Shown here one piece after another: positions 38,471 to 49,639 of a DNA stretch of 64,000 nucleotides. Where the stretch lies: contig MESW01000003.1 in assembly GCA_001771135.1 (NCBI GenBank), positions 136,719 to 200,718 on the forward strand, written 5' to 3'. Source of the stretch: a candidate division CPR3 bacterium GWF2_35_18. Lineage in GTDB: Bacteria; Patescibacteriota; CPR3; GWF2-35-18. The notes beneath the pieces are model-generated. The model had not been told where the DNA came from. It ran no database searches and saw only the letters and a list, made by a program, of their open reading frames with translations. A program made the translations under genes and the position numbers. Position 1 is the stretch's first letter, and each line of letters opens with the position of its first letter.

Positions 38471-39286
38471 TTAAGACTTTGTCAGTCTTCCGTAAAATTC
38501 CTCAAAAACATCATCATCTTGAAATTTTAATACCAATTTTATTTGACGTCTTGATTTTGTGATACTTACCCTGGTTTTGTTATACATTTCGGTTAGCTCT
38601 TTTTCCATATCTTTGGTTTTTTTATCAGTTTTCCACATTGTAGGTCGACCATAACCACGCTCAATTTCTCCTTCTTCCCCAAGACGACGAGCTAGCTCTT
38701 CAATTTGATGAACGGAATAATTTTCTCTCAAAATTTTAGTCGTAAAAACCTGCACCATCATTTCTGGGGTACGTAGATGTAATAACGCCTCCGCCATACT
38801 GGTAGAAAGAGTATTACTTAAAACTGCATCTTTAATAATATCTGGAAGTTTAAGCATTCTGATAGTATTACTTACGGAAGCTCGAGAAACTCCTAACTGT
38901 CTTGCCATCTGTTCGTGTGTCATTCCAAACTCTTCATTCAATCTTTTGTAACCCGAGGCTTTCTCAAAAATCGAAAGATCTTCTCTCTGTAGGTTTTCGA
39001 CTATCGCTAAAAGAAGCATTTCCGTCGGATCGACTTCTTTAATAATCGCCTGTACTTTGGTAAGTCCAGCAATTTTTGAAGCGCGCCATCGACGTTCACC
39101 GGCAATAATTTGATAACCAGCAGGGGTATGAGCAACAATGAGAGGTTCAAGAAGTCCATGTGTTCGAATAGATTCGGCTAGTTCCATTAGAGATTCTGAA
39201 GGAATAGATCCACGTGGTTGTAAAGGATTCGGCTGTAAAAGGTCTAAATCAATTTCAACTACCTTTCCAAAATCTATTTTGGCCAT
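38471..39286 (-). CDS. parB: ParB/Spo0J partition protein
   Basis: ParB box GLLEPLIVA...GYQIIAGERRWRAS followed by an HTH. Confidence 0.85.
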   Translation of the reverse strand: MAKIDFGKVVEIDLDLLQPNPLQPRGSIPSESLMELAESIRTHGLLEPLIVAHTPAGYQIIAGERRWRASKIAGLTKVQAIIKEVDPTEMLLLAIVENLQREDLSIFEKASGYKRLNEEFGMTHEQMARQLGVSRASVSNTIRMLKLPDIIKDAVLSNTLSTSMAEALLHLRTPEMMVQVFTTKILRENYSVHQIEELARRLGEEGEIERGYGRPTMWKTDKKTKDMEKELTEMYNKTRVSITKSRRQIKLVLKFQDDDVFEEFYGRLTKS

Positions 39287-39327
39287 GTAAAACTCCTTTA
39301 ATTTAATTAAAAAGTGAACATCAGATA

Positions 39328-39582
39328 CTAATTGTTGATTATTACATCAACATATTGTTTACCATATAGCTTACGGAAACGAACCACACCATCTTTTAAG
39401 GCAAAAGCTGTAAAATCTTTTCCCAGAGAAACATTCTCTCCAGCATAGTATTTTGTACCTCTTTGACGCAAGATAATGTTACCTGCTCTAACCGTTTCTC
39501 CACCATATTTTTTTACCCCCAACATCTTGGGGTTCGAATCACGACCACTTTTTACACTGCCACCACCTTTTTTATGAGCCAT
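39328..39582 (-). CDS. rpmA: 50S ribosomal protein L27
   Basis: MAHKKGGGS...NPKMLGVKK. Confidence 0.92.
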   Translation of the reverse strand: MAHKKGGGSVKSGRDSNPKMLGVKKYGGETVRAGNIILRQRGTKYYAGENVSLGKDFTAFALKDGVVRFRKLYGKQYVDVIINN

Positions 39583-39624
39583 TTTTCCTCCAAAAGTTAA
39601 CTATAAATAAATTAAACTAATAGA

Positions 39625-39933
39625 CTATATTTTGTTAATTTTAATCTTTGTTTTCAACTGTCTGTGTCCCGCTTTTCGGCGATAACGAGATTTTGACTTG
39701 TATTTATAAATATAGAGTTTATCAGCCTTAGTCTGCTCTTCAATTTGAGCCAAAACTTTTTTACCTTCAAGATAAGGAGTTCCTACAGAAACTTCTTCTC
39801 CATCAACAATCATAAGGACTTTATCAAAGGTAAGCTCTAAACCCTTTTCGCCTTCGACTTTTTCGGTTTCAATAATTTGACCTTCGGCCACTTGGAATTG
39901 ATTTCCAGATGTTTCTATTACTGCATATTTCAT
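39625..39933 (-). CDS. rplU: 50S ribosomal protein L21
   Basis: MKYAVIETSGNQFQV. Confidence 0.9.
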   Translation of the reverse strand: MKYAVIETSGNQFQVAEGQIIETEKVEGEKGLELTFDKVLMIVDGEEVSVGTPYLEGKKVLAQIEEQTKADKLYIYKYKSKSRYRRKAGHRQLKTKIKINKI

Positions 39934-40061
39934 GTTATTCCTTTATAAATTAGCTCATTAAATACTTGCATAGTTTAAGACATCAACGAATTTCTGTCAA
40001 CCCTATGAATCGGGAATAAAGTACTTAATGCCTACTTTCTATAAATTGGTATTTACTTATC

Positions 40062-41156
40062 CTATTTTCCGTATTTTACCACAGACTGCATAATTCCTAA
40101 AGCAATCATGCACGCAAGCAAGGAACTTCCTCCATAAGAAATAAAGGGAAGAGGAATTCCGGTAATCGGCATAATCCCCAAGTTCATCCCAATATTGACA
40201 AGTATTTGGAAAGTAAACCAACAAAAAACTCCGACTCCAACTAATTTCCCATACTTATCTTCGCTATTTTTAATTATCTGTAATAAACTCATTAACAAAA
40301 TAACAAACAAAGCAATTAAAATAAATATTCCTACGAAACCCATCTCTTCGCTTAAGGTTGCAAAAATAAAATCGGTTTGTCTCTCGGGTAAAAATTGCAG
40401 TTTTGACTGAGTTCCTCTTCCCCAACCCAAACCCATAAATTGACCTGAACCGATTGCAATAATTGACTGTAAAATAGCGTACCCACTTCCCAGAGGATCA
40501 TGTTGTGGATTTAAGAATACCAAAATCCGCTCCTTCTGATAATCTTTGAGTAAGAACCATCCTCCCGGAAGCATGAGCAAGGAAGACAGTAAAATTATTA
40601 AGAATTCACCTAAACTCATGCCTGCGAAGTAATACATCCCAAACCAAATGATAACTGAAACAATACTTGTCCCTAGATCTGGTTGGATAAAAACTAAACC
40701 CATGACAATTCCCGTAAGAAGTATCGACCCTAAAAAATAAATCACTCGAGGAAGTCGAAACCGATATTTGATCAGAAAAGCTGCCAAGAATAAAATAAAA
40801 AGAATCTTTGTTATCTCTGAAGGTTGAAATGAAGTAAAACCCAAATCTATCCATCGAACTGCCCCATGAGAAATATATCCCAAGACAGGAACCAAAGCTA
40901 AAAGAACAATAATTATAATCAGAATAGGAATAAAAAGATGAAAATAAAACCGATAATCAAGCTGTGAAAATATAAAGAAACAAGCCATTCCAATGGTAAT
41001 ATTCAGCAAATGCCCAACAAATAATTTGTTCTCCAAAGGACTAACGTCTTTAGAAATAACGGTACTTAGAATCATCATCGTCCCATAAACAATAAGTAAC
41101 GTCATTGATAGAAATAAAATCCAGTTAAAATTTGAGAAAATCGCTTTCCGCTCCAT
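40062..41156 (-). CDS. rodA: SEDS-family glycosyltransferase, RodA-like and located outside the dcw cluster
   Basis: 10-TM FtsW/RodA/SpoVE family with the C-terminal GGSSLLACMIALG region. Confidence 0.7.
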   Translation of the reverse strand: MERKAIFSNFNWILFLSMTLLIVYGTMMILSTVISKDVSPLENKLFVGHLLNITIGMACFFIFSQLDYRFYFHLFIPILIIIIVLLALVPVLGYISHGAVRWIDLGFTSFQPSEITKILFILFLAAFLIKYRFRLPRVIYFLGSILLTGIVMGLVFIQPDLGTSIVSVIIWFGMYYFAGMSLGEFLIILLSSLLMLPGGWFLLKDYQKERILVFLNPQHDPLGSGYAILQSIIAIGSGQFMGLGWGRGTQSKLQFLPERQTDFIFATLSEEMGFVGIFILIALFVILLMSLLQIIKNSEDKYGKLVGVGVFCWFTFQILVNIGMNLGIMPITGIPLPFISYGGSSLLACMIALGIMQSVVKYGK

Positions 41157-41244
41157 AATTGTATTATACTCAAATAATTCTAATTTGAAACTTAAGATAT
41201 TTTTAAATACTCCACTGTCTATCTAAAACATGTGAATTATCAAA

Positions 41245-41280
41245 GGGGATGAAATATAGTGATCACCATATTTCATCCCC
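41245..41280 (-). terminator. Perfect 13-bp stem hairpin downstream of ileS
   Basis: ggggatgaaatat-N10-atatttcatcccc, followed on the minus strand by UUUGAUAAUU. Confidence 0.5.
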
Positions 41281-41302
41281 TCATATTTTTCTTCCTAAAT
41301 AT

Positions 41303-44300
41303 TTACTTACATATCTCAATGCTCAGCAAAATCTTCACGTTATTCAAAACTTTTTCAGCGGAAAGGATATTCTGTTTCTTCCCAGAGATTAATTCTATGC
41401 CTAAAACCTGTTTTTTTATCTCCTTACCATATTTGGTAAAAATCATCGCTAAATCTTTTTCAGTTTCGTAGTAAACGTTAATTCTATCGTTAAATCCGCA
41501 CTTTAATTCTTTGCGCATCTCCTGAATAAAACGAATAATCTCTCGCATAGCTCCTTCTTGTCTCAATTTCTCGGTCAGTTTCAGATCTAATTTCACCACT
41601 AAATCGCCTTTTCCCTTTTGATATTTTACCTTTTTGACGTTCAATTCTTCTTTAAGAAGTTCTTCAAACTCCGAACTTAATTTCTTATCTTTTGTTATAT
41701 AACTAACCAGAGAAAGAGGTTGTCGTACTTTAATTTTTTTCTCTTTTCGTACTGCATGACCTTGCTCCACAATCTCTCTGACTAACGCCATCTTGATAAT
41801 TAAATCATCATGTAAATCATCTTCATTCACGATTGGCCATGATTCCAAATGGACTGATTCTTTTCCAGTTAAATTTTGGTATATCTGATCTGGGAAAAAA
41901 GGCATAAAAGGCGACAGTAATCGCATCAAGGTAATTAAGGTTTGATGCATTGTAGCGTAAAAAGAGTCTTTATCATCCCTATTAACTGAAGCTGGCCCCA
42001 CTCTTTTTCGACTTCGGCGCAGATACCAAGTCGATAGATCTTGAACAAACTGCTCTATCTCATAAGCAGCAAGATATGCCTGATATTTCTGAATATAATT
42101 AGTAGCCTTAAAAGTCACTTCATCAAGTCTTTGTAAAATCCACTTATCTAAAATACTTAGCTTTGAAGGGTTAATTTTCTTCGGTTCCCAGCTATCCAAA
42201 TTTGCGTACGTGATAAAAAATTTATACACATTCCAAATCATTAAATGAAATCTTCGGCGGATTTCGTCAGCTACTTTATATCCAAACTTCATATTTTGAA
42301 CGATCGGTTGTAAACTGTACATCCAACGCATCACGTCAACACCAATCTTTTCTGCTGCGTCATCAAACCAAATTGCATTTCCCTTTGACTTATGCATTTC
42401 CTCGCCATGTTCATCTTTTACCGATACGTATCCGAGTAAAGTTTTGTAGGGTGGAGTTTTTTCCAGAACCGTACTCATTGCAATCATGGAATAAAACCAA
42501 TTTTTGAATTGACCTGGAAATGATTCCAAAACTAGATCTGCCGGAAACCATTTTTTCCAATACTGCTGATCACTAGTATAACTCACTTCCTGAGTTTTTG
42601 GATCTACAAGAGTTGAAAAAGTAACAATTCCCGCATCAAGCCATGGATTTCCTACGTCTAGAATTCGAGTAGAGATTTTCCCACATTTAGAGCATTTCAC
42701 CTTTATTCTATCTATCCAAGGTCGATGAGGAGAATTGCCTTCAAATTCTTTCCAACCCGAAATGGCTTTTTCTTGGAGCTCTTTTTTTGAACCGATTACC
42801 GTAACCTCACCACATCTTTCACATTTCCAGAAAGGCAAAGCCAATCCCCAATATCTTTTTTTTGAGATCAACCAATCGTGCATATTATTGAGCCAATCAA
42901 GTTCGCGCTCTAAACCAAAATCAGGAATCCAGGTGATTTTTTTGACCACATCAATCATCTCTTGTCTTAAAGTTCGATTCTGTTTATCACTCGGATCCTT
43001 TCGATCCATAGAGATATACCACTCTTCTACAAGTCTAAAGACAAGCTCTTCCTTACATCTCCAACAGGTTGGGTAACGATGTTTATACTTTTGAACCTTA
43101 TAAAGCAATCCTTTATCTTTTAAAGAGGTAAATATTAACGGGTTTATTTCTTTGACGCTTTGACTGCTTAAAGGTCCGAAGCCTTTTAGATATTTTGCTT
43201 CACTATCAATTGGCGAAATTTGGGCGAATTTCTCTTTTACAGAGAGATCATAGTCTTCTTTTCCACAACCGGGAGCCATATGTACAAGCCCTGTCCCTTC
43301 ATTTGCATTCACTAGCTCCTTGTATGCAAAAACAGTATGAAATCTATGCGGATTCTGTTTCCAGGCTCTTTTCACTTCAGGTAATTCATCAAAAGGACCA
43401 GAATATTCCAAAGAAACTAACTCCTCACCTAAGAATGTCTTCTCTTTGGAAAATTTGTTAACATCAATGTAGTTATGCAAAAAAAGCATCTCTGAAGTTT
43501 CGGAAGAATCAATGAAAATCAATTTTTCTTTACTTTCTTTATTAATATAAAGTGAATATTTCAACTCGGGATGAACGGCAACGGCTACATTAGCCGCTAA
43601 TGTCCAGGGAGTAGTTGTCCAAATAAGTAACGAGGCATCTTCAAACTTCTTATTATTTAGTATCGGAAACTTTACAAATACGGATTCGTGAGTTAGCTGC
43701 TTATACTCCTCGGTCAAGATCTCATGCTGCGAAATTGCCGTTCCGCACCTAGGACACCAAGGAACACTATCCCAACCTTCATAAAGCCAATTGCGTTCAT
43801 GACAGACTTTCAGAAAATGCCAAATCATATAATTATTCTCATCACTCATGGTGAAATAAGAATGATCCCAGTCCATAAAATACCCAAGCCGCTTCGACTG
43901 ATTTGTCTGAATTTCAGAATATTTCCAAACTCTGTCCTTACATTTATTTACAAATTTATCGATTCCATATTTTTCAATGTCTTTTTTGGTTTTAAAGCCT
44001 AACTCTTTTTCTACCTCAACCTCTACCCAAAGTCCCTGGCAATCAAAACCGTTTTGGAATCGCTGTTCATAACCCATCATGTTATAGAATCTTTGATAAA
44101 AATCTTTAAGGGTGCGTCCCCAAGCATGATGCACACCCATAGGATTATTCGCTGTAATTGGACCATCTTGAAAATAAAACTTTTTCTTGGAATCTTTATT
44201 CTTCTCTAAATATTTTTGTACAATATTTTTCTTTTCCCAATAGGAAAGCATTTTATTTTCTAACTCCACGAAATTGGGTTGTGCTTCAACATCTTTAAAT

Positions 44301-44308
44301 GGCATCAT
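41303..44308 (-). CDS. ileS: Isoleucyl-tRNA synthetase
   Basis: 1001 aa. HIGH-like PMGVHHAWGRT, KMSKS-like HKSKGN, a CP1 editing-domain-sized insertion, and a zinc-finger-like C-terminus. Confidence 0.9.
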   Translation of the reverse strand: MMPFKDVEAQPNFVELENKMLSYWEKKNIVQKYLEKNKDSKKKFYFQDGPITANNPMGVHHAWGRTLKDFYQRFYNMMGYEQRFQNGFDCQGLWVEVEVEKELGFKTKKDIEKYGIDKFVNKCKDRVWKYSEIQTNQSKRLGYFMDWDHSYFTMSDENNYMIWHFLKVCHERNWLYEGWDSVPWCPRCGTAISQHEILTEEYKQLTHESVFVKFPILNNKKFEDASLLIWTTTPWTLAANVAVAVHPELKYSLYINKESKEKLIFIDSSETSEMLFLHNYIDVNKFSKEKTFLGEELVSLEYSGPFDELPEVKRAWKQNPHRFHTVFAYKELVNANEGTGLVHMAPGCGKEDYDLSVKEKFAQISPIDSEAKYLKGFGPLSSQSVKEINPLIFTSLKDKGLLYKVQKYKHRYPTCWRCKEELVFRLVEEWYISMDRKDPSDKQNRTLRQEMIDVVKKITWIPDFGLERELDWLNNMHDWLISKKRYWGLALPFWKCERCGEVTVIGSKKELQEKAISGWKEFEGNSPHRPWIDRIKVKCSKCGKISTRILDVGNPWLDAGIVTFSTLVDPKTQEVSYTSDQQYWKKWFPADLVLESFPGQFKNWFYSMIAMSTVLEKTPPYKTLLGYVSVKDEHGEEMHKSKGNAIWFDDAAEKIGVDVMRWMYSLQPIVQNMKFGYKVADEIRRRFHLMIWNVYKFFITYANLDSWEPKKINPSKLSILDKWILQRLDEVTFKATNYIQKYQAYLAAYEIEQFVQDLSTWYLRRSRKRVGPASVNRDDKDSFYATMHQTLITLMRLLSPFMPFFPDQIYQNLTGKESVHLESWPIVNEDDLHDDLIIKMALVREIVEQGHAVRKEKKIKVRQPLSLVSYITKDKKLSSEFEELLKEELNVKKVKYQKGKGDLVVKLDLKLTEKLRQEGAMREIIRFIQEMRKELKCGFNDRINVYYETEKDLAMIFTKYGKEIKKQVLGIELISGKKQNILSAEKVLNNVKILLSIEICK

Positions 44309-44515
44309 AAACTCCTTTTACTAAAAAAACCGCTAAACTTACGCATAAGGGCGAAGTTTCGCGGTACCACCTTAGTTGGTCTACGGAAATTATCACTTAT
44401 AAACCGCAGACTATCTTCTTTAAGCTATTACGGGCTTATCCCGTCAGGTTCTAATATCTTTAAAAGATCTCTTCCTGATACTCCGGAGTGATTACTCTAT
44501 CATCGTGTTTTCATT
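44309..44515 (-). promoter_or_regulatory. T-box riboswitch leader of ileS
   Basis: Minus-strand RNA contains AACUAAGGUGGUACCGCG (plus 44360-44377), overlapping a bulged terminator plus U7 (plus 44323-44363) that ends 14 nt before the AAGGAG RBS. Upstream there is a Stem I-like helix with an AGAGA bulge and AUC-A candidate specifier triplets. Confidence 0.6.
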
Positions 44516-44944
44516 CTATTCTTTTTCTGGTAACAAACTACGAGCTAGTTCTTGCCAAGCAGATACCTCTTCATCAATAATGTCTATATTACCACCATGC
44601 TCTGAACTCAATTTTGATCCGATTCTTTCAAGACTCTGAACTCTATTGTGAATAAATGCTACTCTCAGTTGTAAACCCTCTTCTGACTTATCTCTTACTA
44701 ATCGTTCTAACGATTCAGCATAAAAACGATTAATCATTGCTTGATTTGAGGAAATTCCTAAATCAGAACCTAGTTTATCTAGCTCTTCTGCTTTTTCTAA
44801 CGCTTCTTTTGCCGATACCTCCAAATAAACATCAAAGGCTTCACTGCCTCGAAGTAAACCCTTTGAAATCAAACCTTCCAACTCAAACCGATTCATGTTT
44901 CTCATTTTATCGAGAGGAATAGTGTCTTCACCTACTAAATTCAT
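44516..44944 (-). CDS. Hypothetical alpha-helical protein immediately downstream of ftsZ, possibly division-associated
   Basis: 142 aa and charged/helical. Operon position between ftsZ and the ileS leader. Confidence 0.45.
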   Translation of the reverse strand: MNLVGEDTIPLDKMRNMNRFELEGLISKGLLRGSEAFDVYLEVSAKEALEKAEELDKLGSDLGISSNQAMINRFYAESLERLVRDKSEEGLQLRVAFIHNRVQSLERIGSKLSSEHGGNIDIIDEEVSAWQELARSLLPEKE

Positions 44945-44968
44945 AAAACCTCCTTAATTAAAGAAGTG

Positions 44969-46030
44969 TTATTTTCCCTGTCGCATAAAGGTCGGTATAT
45001 CAAACTCATCGTCTTCTTCATCTTTTCTCTTCTCTACGTCTGGCAGAGATTGTACCACATTGGTATAGGTTTTTCGAGGTTCTGAAAATCCTGTTGCAAT
45101 AACTGTAATCCGAATATCATCCTTCATATCTTTATCGATAGCCGCTCCGAAAATAACATTTGCTTCCTGATCAGCAGCTTGAACGATAATTTTTGCGGCC
45201 GCATCGACTTCTAACATGGAAAGATCTTCCCCACCGATAACGTTGAAAAGAATACCCTTTGCTCCATCAATTGATAACTCAAGTAAAGGCGATTCAATAG
45301 CGGCTTTGGCAGCAGCTTCAGCTCGACCTTCACCAGAAGCCTTACCAATACCCATCAGTGCGGAACCAGCATCAGACATGATTGTTTTTACATCGGCAAA
45401 GTCAACATTGATAAGTCCGGGAAGCACAATGAGATCGGAGATTCCTTGAACTCCTTGTCCCAAAACTGAATCTGCTAAACGAAAAGCATCAATTAAAGAC
45501 ATTTTTTTATCAACAATGTCTAGTAATCTTTGATTTGGAATCACAATTAGGGTATCCACATTGTCTTTGAGATTAGAAATTCCTAACTCTGCATTTGATT
45601 TACGGACAGATCCTTCAAAATTAAACGGCTTGGTCACAACACCCACAGTCAAAATACCCATCTCTTTAGCTACACTAGCAATGACTGGAGCACCACCTGT
45701 TCCAGTTCCTCCACCCATTCCCGCCGTAATAAAAACCATATCCGCACCTTCAAGATGTTTCTTAAGATCCTCGTGAGATTCTTCGGCTGCTTTCTGACCC
45801 ATTTCTGGATCCCCCCCTGAACCTAAACCACGAGTTAATTCTCCACCTATTTGAATTTTAGATGGTGCCGGAGAAAGCTCAAGAGCCTGAAGATCAGTGT
45901 TTACTGCAATAAATTCTACTCCTTTTATCTGTTGCCCATTGATCATTGAAGTTAAAGCGTTATTACCGCCACCACCAACACCAATAACCTTAATTTTTGC
46001 CACACGATCAGTCTGTGGTTTTACTAACAT
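44969..46030 (-). CDS. ftsZ: Cell division GTPase FtsZ
   Basis: GVGGGGNNA and [15 protein letters not shown] tubulin signature. Confidence 0.95.
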   Translation of the reverse strand: MLVKPQTDRVAKIKVIGVGGGGNNALTSMINGQQIKGVEFIAVNTDLQALELSPAPSKIQIGGELTRGLGSGGDPEMGQKAAEESHEDLKKHLEGADMVFITAGMGGGTGTGGAPVIASVAKEMGILTVGVVTKPFNFEGSVRKSNAELGISNLKDNVDTLIVIPNQRLLDIVDKKMSLIDAFRLADSVLGQGVQGISDLIVLPGLINVDFADVKTIMSDAGSALMGIGKASGEGRAEAAAKAAIESPLLELSIDGAKGILFNVIGGEDLSMLEVDAAAKIIVQAADQEANVIFGAAIDKDMKDDIRITVIATGFSEPRKTYTNVVQSLPDVEKRKDEEDDEFDIPTFMRQGK

Positions 46031-46092
46031 AAATCCTCCTTCAGGCAGTATATAATAAAGGTAAAAACAAACTTCTAACTATTACAAATATC

Positions 46093-47406
46093 TTAGGGTA
46101 AAAAAGACTTTACCCAATTTCCGACTTTTCCAAAGACACCCTTTACCTGAGATAAACCAACTCCAATAGGTGCCATTATGGCTTTGTTCCCATCCGATTT
46201 TATTCCGAACAAAATGAGACCTACAGAAGTTGCATAAGCCGGTGATTGAATTTCATCTATAAGACCAGAAACTCCTTCTGGAGAAGCAATTCGCACTGGC
46301 ATCGGCAAAACTTCCTTGGAAAGCTCTTTAAGTCCAATTATCTTTGCGGTTCCTCCAGTAAATACAAGACCAGCTGGCAAATTCTTACTATATCCACTCT
46401 TTTTTATCTCATTTTCAATCAAAACCATGATTTCCTTGAGTCTAGCCTTAATGATTCCATTGACTAAAAATTCATAGGAAACTGATTTAATTTCTGGTAG
46501 ACCTAAATCAGAAATATCTATTTCATCTTCTTTTTTCCGACGATCTTGCTTTTCTTTTCGACTTTCTTTTTTATGGTCATTCAAATCATTACTTTCCGGA
46601 TAGGCAATCTTTTCTTTCTGTTCTCCCAAAAAGATCTTTACTTTTTCAGCTTGATCTAATGAAGTACGCAAACCGATTGCAAGATCATTGGTAATATTTC
46701 TACCACCAATTGGTAACACTGAAGAATAAGCAACTGATCCTTCCACGAAAATATTAATCGAAGTTGTTCCTCCACCGATATCAACTAAAACAACTCCTAA
46801 TTCTTTTTCAGTATCGGAAATAGTAGAATATGACGAAGCTAAAGCTGTGAAGACTAAATCTTCTACGTCTACTCCAACCTGTTGTACACATTTAACTAAG
46901 TTACGCATGGAGGTAGTGGCTCCGGAAACAATATGAGTTTCTACTTCAAGACGCACTCCAGACATTCCAACGGGATCATGAACTCCATCTTGGGAGTCAA
47001 CAATAAAACTACGTGGTAAAACATGAATAATTTCCCGGGATGAAGGAATTGAGATTGCTCTGGCGGCTTCTGTTACCCGCGAAATGTCATCATGTCCAAT
47101 CTCACCTGAAGGATTTGAAATAGCCACGACGCCATGAGAATTAAGCGAAGCGATATGGTTTCCACCCACACTTACAAAAGCTTTTGAGACTGCATATCCG
47201 GCCATTCTTTCTGCTCCTTCTAAAGACATCGAAATCGAATCTACAGCTCTATCAATATCGACAACAACACCTTTTTTGATTCCTTTTGATTCTACTGTGG
47301 AAACACCAATAACTGAGACTTGTTCTTCTTCGGTAACGGAAGCAATAATTGTGGAAACTTTAGAGGTGCCGATATCAATACCGACAACAATTCTTTCTTT
47401 GGCCAT
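46093..47406 (-). CDS. ftsA: Cell division protein FtsA
   Basis: Actin-fold ATPase with VGIDIGTSKV N-terminus and DIGGGTT phosphate-2 motif. Confidence 0.9.
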   Translation of the reverse strand: MAKERIVVGIDIGTSKVSTIIASVTEEEQVSVIGVSTVESKGIKKGVVVDIDRAVDSISMSLEGAERMAGYAVSKAFVSVGGNHIASLNSHGVVAISNPSGEIGHDDISRVTEAARAISIPSSREIIHVLPRSFIVDSQDGVHDPVGMSGVRLEVETHIVSGATTSMRNLVKCVQQVGVDVEDLVFTALASSYSTISDTEKELGVVLVDIGGGTTSINIFVEGSVAYSSVLPIGGRNITNDLAIGLRTSLDQAEKVKIFLGEQKEKIAYPESNDLNDHKKESRKEKQDRRKKEDEIDISDLGLPEIKSVSYEFLVNGIIKARLKEIMVLIENEIKKSGYSKNLPAGLVFTGGTAKIIGLKELSKEVLPMPVRIASPEGVSGLIDEIQSPAYATSVGLILFGIKSDGNKAIMAPIGVGLSQVKGVFGKVGNWVKSFLP

Positions 47407-47670
47407 AGAAACGACCTTTCATATAATAATTATGTGAGTTAGTATTTACTACTATACCCAAATTATTTTGATTTGTAAATCATCTTACATCCAAATTATT
47501 TCAATCTAAAATCATATAATATTTTGGATGACACTCAATAACATCTTCGTATAAATAAATATAGAAGGTGAGTATGCTTAAGATAATTATACCCGAATTA
47601 CTCCAGTTTGCAATTTATTTAAATTGTTGTGAAAATCTATATAGGTATTTGGGTAATTTAATCTGAAAAT

Positions 47671-48474
47671 TTATTCCACGACTACAGGACGATCAAATCT
47701 AAGATCTATTTTCTCGAATGTTTTTCCTTCAATTTTGGCATTTTTCAGAACGACATCAAGAACAGCTATTTGTAAATCAACATCTTTAAAACTACTAAAT
47801 ATAATCTCTAAATTGGTATCTGTTTTGACAACTAAATCATTTTCCCCACTAAAAAGGAAGTTCGTAGGATGTAAATTTAATTTGTTAAACCTAGAAACAG
47901 TAGAAATGGCAAAAGCTACTTTCTCTGAGTTTATACTTCTCCCAATTTGCCACTCAGTCTCAAGGTCTTCGAATAAAGGAGCTTTGATTTGGTCATTAGT
48001 GAGCGCGAAAACATATCCCTTTTGATCTAGGACAAAACTCCCATTTTTTGCTTTTACAATTGCGGCTTGTTTTCTTTCTTTGTACACGACCTTTAGCTCT
48101 TGAGGAAATTTTTTGGTAATTCTAAATTCTTCTAAGGCTGGAAGTTTATCTAAAATTCTTCTTGTCTCACTGTCTTGCGGAAAGGTAAACAAACTAAAGG
48201 TACTCCAATATCGAGACTCATCTTCCAAATCTGTTTGAAGTATTAACTGAGAAGTATTCCCCCCTGTTTCGATTCTTTCGAAAGTTATTATCCTTGCCAA
48301 AAAAATATCCGAACGAAAAAGTAGGTATATACATAAAATAGTTAGAAGCGCGATTAATACGGCTGAAACTGGCTTGAATGGAACAACAATGTTTCTTTTA
48401 CCTACTGAAGAAATAAAAATAGGTGATACTCTTTGGGCACTCACTTTTTTGCGATTAGATAAAGGCAGTCTCAT
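47671..48474 (-). CDS. ftsQ: FtsQ/DivIB-like cell division protein
   Basis: Single TM helix followed by POTRA-like and beta domains. Positioned between murG and ftsA. Confidence 0.6.
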   Translation of the reverse strand: MRLPLSNRKKVSAQRVSPIFISSVGKRNIVVPFKPVSAVLIALLTILCIYLLFRSDIFLARIITFERIETGGNTSQLILQTDLEDESRYWSTFSLFTFPQDSETRRILDKLPALEEFRITKKFPQELKVVYKERKQAAIVKAKNGSFVLDQKGYVFALTNDQIKAPLFEDLETEWQIGRSINSEKVAFAISTVSRFNKLNLHPTNFLFSGENDLVVKTDTNLEIIFSSFKDVDLQIAVLDVVLKNAKIEGKTFEKIDLRFDRPVVVE

Positions 48475-48487
48475 GGAATTTAATTAT

Positions 48488-49639
48488 TTAAGCTGGTTTA
48501 ATTATACTATCAATTTCAAAAATAATCGCAGAGGCTGCGTCCACTTTTAATTGAGTTCGAAACTCTGTTCCAATATTTCGATATCTTTCAATGTTGTCAA
48601 ACATCTCCTTGATAACTGTCTTTAACCTCCAGGATTTCAAATTGTTCTCGCTCAAAATACGTGCTAATCCTGCATCACTGAGAATTTCGGCGTTCTTTTG
48701 CTGTTCAGAATTCACAACCCAAGGAATCGGAATCAAAACACTAGGTTTGCCCAAAACACCTAATTCATAAATAGTATTTGCACCCGAACGCGAGACAACT
48801 AAATCAGCAATATTCAATAACCAACCAATCTCTTTTGTGTCAATCCACGGAGCAATATAATAATGTTCGTTAGGTTTAAATATAATTTTCCCACTTTTAA
48901 TCGCTTCCCAATCTTTGTAACCACACTGGTGAATCACGCTGTAACTCTTAAGAAGCTCTGGCAATAATTCCCAGATAAGTTTATTAATTGTTTGTGATCC
49001 CTGATTACCGCCAGTAATATAGATTAGCTTTTTATTACTATCATCCAGTTTCTCTTGAATGATTTTTTGAAGTGATTTTGGTAATGATTTTAAGGTCTTT
49101 TTTTCAAGATTAAAGATCTCTTTCCGAATTGGATTTCCGGTCAGGACAACTTTTTTCTTGGGAAAATATTTCAAAGATTTTTCAAAGGAAACCAATATTT
49201 TTTTGGCGAAGATCGAAATAATCCTGTTTGAAAGACCAACTGCAACTGTCTGTTCATGAGTGATAGCGGGGATTTTTAGTAAAAACGCAGTTATAACTAC
49301 GGGAACAGCTAAGTAACCACCAAAAGACATTATTAAATTTGGTTTTTCATTTTTTAGTATTTTATAAGCTTGTAAAAAACCATGTGGTATTTTCAATAAA
49401 GAAGAAACTGTATGTTTTGAAAATCTACGTTGTAATCTTCCGGTTTCCAAATCAATATATTTGATACCGGATATTTTGGATATAACCTGATAATCATTAG
49501 AAAGTATTTTTTCTCCTTCAAAAGTATACCTTCGCCCGAAATATATAATTTCTATTTTCTCTTTTTTCCTCTTAAGTTCATCTATTACAGCCAAGGCTGG
49601 AGTAAGATGACCACCTGTAATTGCTATTTTCATATTCAT
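48488..49639 (-). CDS. murG: Lipid II synthase MurG (UDP-GlcNAc transferase)
   Basis: MKIAITGGHLTPALAV N-terminus and GT-B C-terminal motif. Confidence 0.85.
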   Translation of the reverse strand: MNMKIAITGGHLTPALAVIDELKRKKEKIEIIYFGRRYTFEGEKILSNDYQVISKISGIKYIDLETGRLQRRFSKHTVSSLLKIPHGFLQAYKILKNEKPNLIMSFGGYLAVPVVITAFLLKIPAITHEQTVAVGLSNRIISIFAKKILVSFEKSLKYFPKKKVVLTGNPIRKEIFNLEKKTLKSLPKSLQKIIQEKLDDSNKKLIYITGGNQGSQTINKLIWELLPELLKSYSVIHQCGYKDWEAIKSGKIIFKPNEHYYIAPWIDTKEIGWLLNIADLVVSRSGANTIYELGVLGKPSVLIPIPWVVNSEQQKNAEILSDAGLARILSENNLKSWRLKTVIKEMFDNIERYRNIGTEFRTQLKVDAASAIIFEIDSIIKPA

